DNA of 64,000 bases from Laetmonice hystrix. Lineage: Eukaryota. This document shows, one piece after another, positions 14,255-26,171 of the stretch (positions within the stretch are counted from its first letter, which is position 1; the number at the start of each line of letters is the position of its first letter). The stretch spans positions 22,630,001 to 22,694,000 of the forward strand of contig OZ249438.1 in assembly GCA_965235115.1 (NCBI GenBank), written 5' to 3'. Under the pieces are notes generated by a model, which worked only from the letters and a program-made list of their open reading frames with translations, was not told the DNA's origin and did not search any database. Both the position numbers and the translations under genes were made by a program.

Positions 14255-15712
14255 AGAATGTTCACATACTTAGAAACATTAACATGTAGCGATATTAATT
14301 CAGAAAGAAAAGAAAAAGCAATGGGGGAACAAGAGAACGCTGATTCACATGAAATTGAATTTATTCAAACAAAGGCGTCACGAAGGATAAGATTGGCAAG
14401 GTGACGTTTAAACCGGACGAAAAAGAAAAGTCTATTTTATTGGATGAGTCTGGGGTCTATATATAGGACTCTGTCTGTCTTTCTCTGTCTCTGTCTCTGT
14501 CTGTCTCTCCGCTATGACCGCGCGCCTGTGCCTTGCTGTGCGGGGGCACGGACATCGTGTGTGAGGGAAGTGCATGTTATGAAAGTCTAGAACTGTACAA
14601 ATAAGCAGATGGAAAAGTTTCCTTTGTAATGTTGGGTCAGGGAATGACCCCCTGATGGGCGACCTGATTCTGTTGGCGCGCTGCCGTCGTATATCGCCGG
14701 CCCAGGGGTCAGAGTCTGCGACAAGAACCGTGCAGACTCTGCTGGCCAAGCCGCCTAACAAACACGGGATTGTGGCCAGGGGTGTGTGGGAGGGGAATGG
14801 ACGTCCTCTCTCTCTCTCTCTCTCTTTCCCCACATCTCCATCTCTCTCTCTGGCATTTTTCTTGTGTAAAAAATGAGTATGTTTCGAGTTGTATGTTTAT
14901 GTTTGCAGTCATGGGAGGGGGTGATGAAATGTATTCCAAGTGGTTGTGATTTATTGATTAGCATTGCTAATAATGTTCTACACCTACAACAACCGCGTCA
15001 ATATACCAGAGTTAAAATAATGGAAAGTTAATACTTGTGTCAATAAATACAGGGAGGGGGTCGTGAATATAGGGGCGGCGAGGTGCGGCAATCGAGGACT
15101 GCGTCATGATGGTGATTTTCTTACAAAACTGCTTATAATCTGACATTCTCAAATCCTAGATCTGGAAAATAATAATGGACAAGGACGACTGAAAATCTTC
15201 CAGCAGTTCAATTAAAAGCACTTTTTAAATGCATTTTTAAAAAGAAAAGTTGATGCGATGTAATTTTATGACAAACTACAAACTCTGCCGTTTGTAACTC
15301 AAAGAAATTAATACTTTCATAGACCGAACATAAACAATAGTGACGTTCATGCTACATCCATTGGTGATTAAGGCCCTGACATCTCATTATCATGTCAAAT
15401 GTTTATGGTGTACTTATGTTTAATATTATTAAATGGGAATTATGTCAGCTCGACGAATTATGCACGATACGTTGTATTAAAATTGACCAAATCTGAGACA
15501 ATATCACTAAATGAGATGAACATGCTATAATTACTCCTATTATAATCAGGCCATTTGTAGCCAGGCGATCATGTTTCCTATTACCTAATAAAAACAGAAA
15601 TACTGTAACATGATCTTCATTCTTCGATGTGGAGTTTAGAACAAAGACTTAGAGCAACAATACGCGAGGTGTTGTCTCCTTGAGATCGACATGATCCTGC
15701 TGGTGATTCCAG

Positions 15713-17203
15713 GATCCGGGCCTCTGGTCCATGGGTCCATGTCGCCTTGACTGCGTGTATTCGGCCACTGGTCCATGGGTCCATGTCACCTTGACTAAGT
15801 GGATCCGGCCTCTGGTCCATGGGTCCATGTCACCTTGACTGAGTGGATCCGGCCTCTGGTCCATGGGTCCATGTCACCTTGACTGAGTGGATTCGGCCAC
15901 TGGTCCATGGGTCCATGGGTCCATGCCACCTTGACTGAGTGGATTCGGCCACTGACCCATGTCACCTTGACAGAGTGAATTCGGCCACTGGTCCATGGGT
16001 CCATGTCACCTTGACTGAGTGGATTCGGTCACTGGTCCATGGGTCCATGCCACCTTGACTGAGTGGATTCGGCCACTGGTCCATGGGTCCATCTCACCTT
16101 GACTGAGTGGATTCGGCCGCTGGTCCATGGGTCCATGTCACATTGACTGAGTGGATTCGGCCGCTGGTCCATGTCACGTTGACTGAGTGGATTCGGCCAC
16201 TGGTCCATGGGTCCATGTCACGTTGACTGAGTGGATTCGGCCACTGGTCCATGGGTCCATGTCACCTTGACAGAGTGGATTCGGCCATTGGTCCATGTCA
16301 CCTTGACAGAGTGGATTCGGCCGCTGGTCCATGGGTCCATGTCACCATGACTGAGTGGATTCGGCCACTGGTCCATGTCACCTTGACAGAGTGGATTCGG
16401 CCGCTGGTCCATGGGTCCATGTCACCTTGACTGAGTGGATTCGGCCACTGGTCCATGTCACCTTGACTGAGTGGATTCGGCCGCTGGTCCATGGGTCCAT
16501 GTCACCTTGACTGAGTGGATTCGGCCGCTGGTCCATGGGTCCATGTCACCTTGACTGAGTGGATTCGGCCGCTGGTCCATGGGTCCATGTCACCTTGACT
16601 GAGTGGATTCGGCCACTGGTCCATATGTCACCTTGACTGAGTAGATTCGGCCACTGGTCCATGGGTCCATGCCACTTTGACTGAGTGGATTCGGTCACTG
16701 GTCCATGGGTCCATGCCACCTTGACTGAGTGGATTCGGCCGCTGGTCCATGGGTCCATGTCACCTTGACTGAGTGGATTCGGCCACTGGTCCATGTCACC
16801 TTGACAGAGTGGATTCGGCCACTGGTCCATGGGTCCATGTCACCTTGACTGAGTGGATTCGGCCACTGTTCCATGTCACCTTGACTGAGTGGATTCGGCC
16901 ACTGGTCCATGTCACCTTGACTGAGTGGATTCGGCCACTGGTCCATGGGTCCATGTCACCTTGACAGAGTGGATTCGGCCGCTGGTCCATGGGTCCATGT
17001 CACCTTGACTGATTGGATTCGGCCGCTGGTCCATGTCACCTTGACTGAGTGGATTCGGCCACTGGTCCATGGGTCCATGTCACCTTGACAGAGTGGATTC
17101 GGCCGCTGGTCCATGGGTCCATGTCACCTTGACTGAGTGGATTCGGCCACTGGTCCATGTCACCTTGACTGAGTGGATTCGGCCGCTGGTCCATGTCACC
17201 TTG
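15713..17203. repeat. 44/35-bp minisatellite, about 36 copies
   Basis: Unit tggtccatgggtccatgtcaccttgactgagtggattcggccac. The short form lacks one copy of the 9-bp internal duplication (ggtccatg-g). Confidence 0.96.
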
Positions 17204-20200
17204 CCGTGCAGTTTTAAGAAGTTAGTTCCTACAGCTGGAGGCATGAAGGGAACACTGGTTTTTTAAAACACATAAAGGAGTGTAAGGAGGTGCTAGGACA
17301 TCCAGTGTAAAACTTGGGGGAATTCCTCGTCGGACTATACAGGATTACAGGCATTTTGAATGATCTTTACGGCTGTGGTCCAAGTATTTTACGGTCTTAC
17401 GATGAGATATCCTGATTGCTAGTACATTTATTCCGTATTGAACGTACATACGTCACAGCACTTCCTGCTGCCAGGACAGACACACCCATTGAGACAGACC
17501 GAGTTACGGGTGGAGATACAAGGGTGGTGGGCTCATGACACTGTTCGGATAAACATCTCAGTCTGTTCGCTGTCGGTCGGCATGCACGCCGGACATGGTA
17601 TACCGGAATAAAAGCCAGCGGATTACTCTGGGAACACAGTCGCTGAATCTACCCGAACTCTGTGTGTCCTGGTGGCGGCAAGGGCGGCAAGGGCGGCAAG
17701 GACTTAGATCTGGGGGCGGATAGTAGCGGAGGTCAGAGGTCAGCCACCTCATGTCCACCATTGTGTCCACACTTGACCGAGCTTCAACAATGCTTGTGCC
17801 CCTAGCCGCTACCCAAGCGCGTCCAGGTCCCGTCAAATCGTGTGGGGTCCACAGGCTAAGCTGCCAACTCGACCGGCTTTCGAGTCAAGAAAAGTAATAG
17901 TTTTCTACTCCAAATAACCCCCGGGACAGTATTTAAGGCACAATGAGTGCAGAGGCCAAAACGAATCATTAGAAGTCGGGGGATGCCTCGCCGTACGACT
18001 GGGATAATGGCAGTACAAGATTTATAGGGAATCGCCTCGGCGCTATTCAGATAATCACTATTTTTTCTCCGATACAAATAAGCATTAAGGCCGAATAAAT
18101 GAAACCTGATGAGGCCTATGTGCCGTAGACAGGCAGGCATTATCCTTCACGACTGGAACTCGCACCCTGTGGTGGGAGCAAGCGTCGGGCGGACGTTAGG
18201 TTCGAGGCCCCCGGGCGTTTACCCATAGTGCTCTGCTGGTCGCTCTCTCAGCAATACTAGGCCGCTGGCCCAATATCTACATTGCCCCTATTGTGCGGCT
18301 TTGGTTTTTGTGTAAACGTTACGAATCAACGGGTCTAATTGCTTTCAGGCTTGATGGATTAGGAGGAAACGGCAAGACGGAGTGAATGGAAGTCAATGAC
18401 GTTGACCGCCACAGGTCGTCATAGATCACTGTGATGTCTGGTGTGAATGCCCGACCGAGAGAAAGTCTCTAAACGGAAGTCAATCAGAGACAAGTCGGAG
18501 AACAAAATATACAAGTGTTTTTATACGTCGTAACGGGGACGTATTACATATACCCTACGGTTCTACATACTCCGTAAACACTTCCATCGAGTAAACATAC
18601 TGGCAGAGGGCAATTGCATATAGGGCTTACTTATATATAGATCTATACGTTAATTGTATACAGCATGTGTAAAACACAATGTGGAGTAAGTATGCAAAGA
18701 ACATACATGTTGTAAGTAGGCGTAGATGTATTAGGTAGAGGGCATACTTTGGGTAATTGTACCTGGTAAAGTTAACGGACACACATGATGCACTACTACA
18801 CAGCACGAACGCTGAGCTAAGTGTATAAATAGTGTTCGTATATGTAATTCGTTTCTTGTCAGACGGTTTCCCGTTACATAATGGATACCAGAGTGACAGG
18901 CGGGCCCATCTGTTGAAGCTAACACTCAGGGGCCGGTCGTGGGAGTACCCTGCTGGGTAACTAAGCTCAGCCCTGACGTCTTTTTCTGATACCGGGACTT
19001 TGCGCACCTGACTTTACGTGTCGAGGCTAGAATTATAGCACGACGTTACAATGACGCTCATTATCAGACGTGTTTGCCCTAGTGCCCGTCTTCCTTCCTG
19101 TCCATGACAAAAGGCTCGACACGACTGAGACGAGAAAGGCTAACATTTTCTGCCCGGCAGACTCGAGGGGTGTTTGATGGGGCGGTGGGTTAAACAGCTT
19201 GAGGCCGGAGATTGCATAGTCCCGTGTACCAACGCCACAAAAAGGCAGAGTTGAAACGTCTGCCCGTATTGAGCTGTTTAATTTTGTCTGTGTGCATTCA
19301 GCCCGAGGCCTTTCCCCTCTCTAGGTAATTATAGCAGGTTACTTTGGGGTCCGCCCCGGCTTTTAGGGTGGCTTGGGGGGAAAAGTCGCAAACCGCAGTG
19401 CTGGGAGAAAAACCAACAGCCTTTCTCTGCGAACGTCCTTTATTCTCCAAGCAGGGTTTGATGTGTAAAGTATGAGCTCGGTCGGCGAACATCAGTCCGT
19501 GGAGGGAAACAGGCCGGATGTAAAACACCCAGTTAAATCTGTCTAAAGCTAACAACGGAAGTGCACAGTTACATTTTGTATACTGTAACATGGAGTTTCC
19601 ACATCATCCTGGGACCCCAGACTCCGCCCTGCCAACTCACCATCCCGTAGATAGGAGGTAAACACAGATTGCGTAATCCCTCCTAACATACCCGTTTCCC
19701 TTGAACACCCATGGCATGGTCCATGCCCTCTGGCATCCCCTATGTTCTCTCCCTTCAGTCCGTTAGCAGCAAATGAGCTCCTGACAGTGTGGAAAATGTT
19801 TGGTAAACGCCCGTAATAATATAGCCTCTATGTAGGTAAGCACTCCCGCACCTGTCTTTTAATTAACCGGCCGCCACTTTGGGCTGTGACCTTCGGCCGT
19901 GGGTCAGCGGGAGTGGCGGCAAGCCAACCGGTCGTGGCGTACACAAGACAAAAGTCTTCCAAGCGGAAGATGAGCAAGGTCGTTTGAATGATGTTATACC
20001 GCAGGCAAATTTGTAATCAGACACTACACAGATGTATGCTATGGAAAGTGAAATATCGCCAAGATAAAAGTCTACTTGACACAGTTTGTATTTTGTCTGC
20101 CGGTTGGTCAGTGTTGGATGGAAGGGGCCAAACTTAGCACGGAAGTCAAGGCATGTTGGTACGCTTGGAGAGGGCCTCGAACCAGCATTCTCTCCTGCCC

Positions 20201-23200
20201 AGACAGCCGGAAGCTATAGGGGCGAGTCTGCGTTATTGGACGCCATTAAAGAGGGGATCTGGTGACATATCTTAAGGCTACATCCATTGTGTCCGGAGTG
20301 ACTTCTGACCGGTCACTCCTCACTGTGACAGGCATCGCTCACACGACAGACCCGTAGATGACCATTCAGATTTTAAACACTACTTTTTATACGAAACCTC
20401 CCGTGCACTCCGAGCTTGGAAAGCCAATTTCAAAATATATGGTGTGTATGCACGTAAACATTATACAGCACGTACAAAATAATACAAGCATATCAGTCTA
20501 GGCTGATATAAAATATCATGTTTATCAATCATAAACGTAAAATAAACCGCACTGGACCAATAAAATACTGACCTTATATCACAAGCATCATTATAAACGG
20601 TCCTCCGCCTACCCACTTTTATTTACTTTTTTTCCTAATTGCACTCAGTTGATAAGATATTGCAAATCATAGCGACACTGTGGAATAAACGTCCTTGACG
20701 ATGAGAAAGCAGTCTAGGTGTAGCCCGGAGCTTTTTGTGGACCTAAGCAAAGAGCTGGCAGCGAGAATAATAAAGTCAATTGCTCGTGCTCTCTGACTTT
20801 AATTGAGTAGAAAACGAAGGGGTCCCTCCACCTGTTCACCAAAAGATTATATCACGTGGGAAACACATGATCCGGAAAGAATATGGGAAGGTTCTGTCGC
20901 TGAGAATGCTATCTGCTGTAGGGGTGCTGCAAGTAAGAAAAGAAAGAGAGAGAAAAAATAACGTAAAGGGCAAACGACTAATCATAATGTAGAGAATATG
21001 GGTAAAAAACGATTTCATGGAAAGGGTCTCACGGTCGCCAACTAGGTGATATGTAATAACAGAGAAAGAAACGTAAATGCTAGGATGTAAGGTGTGCATC
21101 TACCTACACAAGGAGGAAGAGATCACCGGCTGCGTACATGGGAGGTAAATAATCTGTGTAGAAAGGCCGTAGTCCATTGGTTAAGTAGCAGTATAGGGAC
21201 GTGTCAATTGTGTCAAGACCTACGTTTGATACTGACCGGTTTGATACGGTTACAGCATAACTTGGTTCCACTATATGGAAAACACATTGCCCAGCCTAAT
21301 GAGGTACACATGGTGGTATCAAAGTCGAAAGTCTGACTCGAGTGAATAAAAGAACACAGTTAGTCGGAATAAACACGGATGTATTACTGCCTGTTTAAAC
21401 TCAGTATAGTGTTAACCTCTATAGTTACGAAACCTGACATGGTGTTATAAAAAGATGTTAATTAAATGATGGTGTACATCTTTTTCTTGCGGGAAAGAAA
21501 CCGTAAGGTATGTGTGTCTCAACGCATGGACACAGTTGAATGATTCATTGTATAAGTAGGTCCTATCAGAGCACAAACCTTTAAGATTTATTTTCTGGAG
21601 TTCATATAAATCCTTTATATACAGACGGACTTCGCTGAACTTTAATCTCTGGCTGATGTGAAGTGAACTTGTGTTGAGGTTACTTTTCCAGCATGACATT
21701 CGGCATTTAGAAAGCTTAAATGCATAATGTCTCATGGCAGTACATGACATGATTAATTATTGAAGAATGCCATAAATGAGTATGAAAAATAAGTTGATTA
21801 ACGTGATGGACTTCTTTCCCCCACCAAAATGACCTTCGGTGTAAGATTATTTTCACAACGCACTGCGCCGACTGTCAGGCCGGCACGACCCCAAGACGCA
21901 GTGGTAATATGGGGATGTCAAACAGGATTTGACAATTAATTCCACTAATGACCCTGCTCGAGTTGATGCAAGGCACATCGTGGCTTTCTTAGGGTTGATG
22001 GCTATCTATCTGTCATCGAAAACATCGTACGTGAAACGCACTCAGAACCCCAGACGATGCACTTCCTAATGGGCCGGGAATAGCAGAAACATGTCCCGGC
22101 ATGCATTGGGGGTGATGAGGGGGGGGGGTGTTCGTTCGGGGGAGGGGGGGGGGGTGTTTGGGTGGTGGTTGTCTCTTTCCCGAACCCTAATATTAAAGGG
22201 CAACATAATATTCCGCATGCAATTGGCCATGGGGCGTCTCAACTATAAGGTAATGCCTGTGCCATTGTGTTATGTGTGGTGTCATATTGACCGTGCAGGT
22301 TGGACGAAACGACCACAAATCTCGTTTGAGGGTTAATCCAAGCGCGGGATAATACAAGGAAACCTAACCTTCGAATCACCATCGACCATTGTGACTATTC
22401 TTCTGCAATCATCAATAATAACGGTAGTTGATCCACAAAGGCGAACGCCTGGCAAATTGGCTCGGGTCATGTGACCTCTTCCTGAAGTGGCGGTGGTGTT
22501 TGGTGGTGGTGGGAGGGTGTTTGGTGGGGATAGGAGGGTGGTGGACGGGAGAGCTGGCCAGACTCTGAGTCAATCTTCTATTGAAGAGAGAAGTGGTAAG
22601 ATAAATGGTCCCCGGTGACTCGGTCCTCAGTGAGTGGAGCTCGGACTCTCAGTGCCCACTCGCTAGGCCAGAACATTGTTTAATCTTCTGGAAGACTGCC
22701 GACATGTTGGCACGAGCGCCACGTTCGTGACAGCCGACCACCACCGTCCGTCGTCGGTTGTTCTACTGCCTGACAATGTAATACTGGTTCCAGATTGAGT
22801 GCCGCTGAGACCATTCAACGGCTCGAGGCTCCTAATCTCATTTGCGGTTTTGATTTGAGCAATAAATTATTCAGCAGCCACCGCAGAACGATTCACCAAG
22901 TCGGCAAGACCAATGTCGTCTGGGCGTACAAGAGTTGCAGTTTGGTAGCTATGACATTTCTTTGTCGGAGTTCGCCGGCACTGACAGCTTGTAAACTTAC
23001 TCCAAGGGCTGGTATAAACAATTCTGTCCCTTCCACTCCGTCGAGATTACCATGGGCGATATTAGCAGAGGCAGACGACATTTTGCCAGTGTGAGATAGG
23101 CCATGAGCTTTCCTCACGGTCTCGCCAGCTGCCACATGGAAGAAACCTTCTAATAATCTCTGCTGATAGATTTGGCCAGAATGCCATGTTTAGACCCACG

Positions 23201-25088
23201 TGACGCAAAGGATATTTTCACTAATCGCCAGGAAACTGAGCGCTATGGCCATATGGCCTCTTCATTCGGGGCCTCACAACTATCAACTCAATTTAGTCAA
23301 ACATTTACGTCTGTCAGCAACTTTTCGAGCACAGCATTTTCGGTAAACCTAGAAAGACAGATGGGGTCAGACGGTATCGGATGTCCGTGCCTCATATTTT
23401 ACTGTCAGATTTTAAACATAGTCGGCCGATTTCGTGTTACAATTTAGATAAGGAATTCTCGAAAGTGTAACCCAATCTGGGTGCTTTAATTAACACGATG
23501 TGTTCTTTACATAAGGATGCTGTGTCCGCGCAGGCCATGTCGAGCGAGTGTTGGCAGAAACGTACCGGCCGACCATCTCTCACGAGATCTAGGCGAAGAC
23601 AGGCGTATTTTCAATGTAAACTTCAAGGGCTCCGAACGAGCGCGGCCTAACCCACCCATCATCGTGGAGCTTTCCACCTGGAAACGCGCAAAGTCAAAAC
23701 GTCGCCCACCATCAAACGTGTCTGTCGATTCGGTATTGGCGCGAGACTAGCTGTCGCGAGACCGCCACGTGGCCAAGTCCTTCAGCCTGCCAACAGCCGC
23801 CAAGAAACGAAGCTTATTTTGGCATCCAGTGGCGTGCTGGGCTAATGTACTCGGCTCCTCTCTGAAGTCGTGACGACACAGTCTCCTCGTTAGGCCTCAC
23901 AGTTGGAGACTGCGTGGTTGGTAATTATATATCTCCTAGGTAGGCCTATACGATGGTCCACAATCAGCAACACAAGCGTGCGCTCTACTTCCTAGAAGAA
24001 CGCACAACGCATCTGTAAGATACAAAAATGACGTAAGTGGATGTGGGCCTGGCTTGCTGCATGGCCCTGAGACTCTATATAAACGGGACCGTACCTGAAA
24101 GACATCGCGATGTTGCTGTTTTATGGCCATCATTTCTGCCTCATTTAGTCACGGAGCTCTGTGATGGAGAGAGACTCCGAAGACTGTGCCGTCGGATGGG
24201 TGCTGGCAGGTCCTGTCACGCTCCTGACCCTGGTCACTATACTATGAACTTCAAACAATCTCCAATAAATTATGAATTAGTCGCGTTATTATAACAGTTC
24301 TCCTCATCAATAATACAGGAGCACATGATTTGCAGGCCAGAGGAACGTCTTGCCATCAGAAAAAATGTGTAATTGGTTGAGCAGGCGTTTCCTGTGACTA
24401 ATAGCTTCTGGATTAACCCTTGTAGAAATGTTACTTTTCTAACCATCATGTAAAGTATCTTCCTAATGGTGATAATAGAGAGGTCTTTTAAACAGACCAT
24501 CATTTTTATCGCGGGCACGGACAGCAAAACATTGTTCCTTCTGGATATTTAGAAACGAGGACAGTGAACGTGCAGTTTAAGATTATCATTAAACGCATAA
24601 TCACATCCCTATGAGGCCAACACTGTAACGTTCAATACTGTATCTATGAACACAAATTGGTCAATTGTGTATTATAAGTATAACTGATACAAACTTGGAA
24701 ATGGTAATTAAAGAGTTGAGCGGTTTTGCATGCCGGTGCCTTATTTCTCTAAGTAATGCCATCCATAATTATGGAAGAGATGTGAAGATAAGGCCAATAC
24801 CAGGTGAAACGGACGTAATTGAGGTCAAGGAAGGCATGGAAAGAATACTTTCGGCGGCCACTTATCTCTTATTCTACCTCAAACTCAAACGAGATACAGG
24901 CCAAGTGCTTCCCGTTCCTGGCTCGTACAACCACCCTGTAATCGGTGCCAATATATAGTCATACTCAAAGAAGCGGCCGCTCCGATCGGCAACGAAGGCA
25001 ATTCTCGGTGTTTGGCTTCTAGGAAGGGGACCAGTGGGTGGGTGTGCTCTGGCCAACAACCTGATCGCTGAAACCGACCAAACTAACG

Positions 25089-26171
25089 TCAGCCGACCTC
25101 CTGGTGAATCTGAATGTTTGCGGGTTCAGAACACCGCCATACGTGAGGTATCAGCCGACCTCCTGGTGAATCTGAATGTTTGCGGGCTCACAACACCGCC
25201 ATACGTGAGGTAGGCTATCAGCCGACCTCCTGGTGCTCACAACACCGCCATACGTGAGGTATCAGCCGACCTCCTGGTGAATCTGAATGTTTGCGGGCTC
25301 ACAACACCGCCATACGTGAGGTAGGCTATCAGCCGACCTCCTGGTGCTCACAACACCGCCATACGTGAGGTATCAGCCGACCTCCTGGTGCTCACAACAC
25401 CGCCACACGTGAGGTATCAGCCGACCTCCTGGTGCTCACAACACCGCCACACGTGAGGTATCAGCCGACCTCCTGGTGAATCTGAATGTTTGCGGGCTCA
25501 GAACACCGCCATACGTGAGGTATCAGCCGACCTCCTGGTGCTCACAACACCGCCATACGTGAGGTATCAGCCGACCTCCTGGTGAATCTGAATGTTTGCG
25601 GGCTCACAACACCGCCATACGTCAGGTATCAGCCGACCTCCTGGTGAATCTGAATGTTTGCAGGCTCACAACACCGCCATACGTCAGGTATCAGCCGACC
25701 TCCTGGTGAATCTGAATGTTTGCGGGTTCACAACACCGCCATACGTGAGGTATCAGCCGACCTCCTGGTGAATCTGAATGTTTGCGGGTTCACAACACCG
25801 CCATACGTCAGGTATCAGCCGACCTCCTGGTGCTCACAACACCGCCACACGTGAGGTATCAGCCGACCTCCTGGTGAATCTGAATGTTTGCGGGCTCACA
25901 ACACCGCCATATATACGTGAGGTATGAATCTGAATGTTTGCGTGCTCACAACACCGCCATACGAGAGGTATGAATCTGAATGGTTTCGGGCTCACAACAC
26001 CGCCATATACGTGAGGTATGAATCTGAATGTTTGCGGGCTCACAACACCGCCATACGTGAGGTATCAGCCGACCTCCTGGTGCTCACAACACCGCCACAC
26101 GTGAGGTATCAGCCGACCTCCTGGTGAATCTGAATGTTTGCGGGTTCACAACACCGCCATACGTCAGGTAT
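25089..26171. repeat. Modular 62/44/46-bp minisatellite, about 20 copies
   Basis: Long unit gtgaggtatcagccgacctcctggtgaatctgaatgtttgcgggctcacaacaccgccatac. Variants delete either aatctgaatgtttgcggg or cagccgacctcctggt. Confidence 0.95.

Noticed and set aside
23600-23750. LINE ORF1-like words (RPNPPIIVELSTWK)
   Set aside because: A single short motif; the flanking residues do not continue the family pattern and no ORF2 remnant is nearby.
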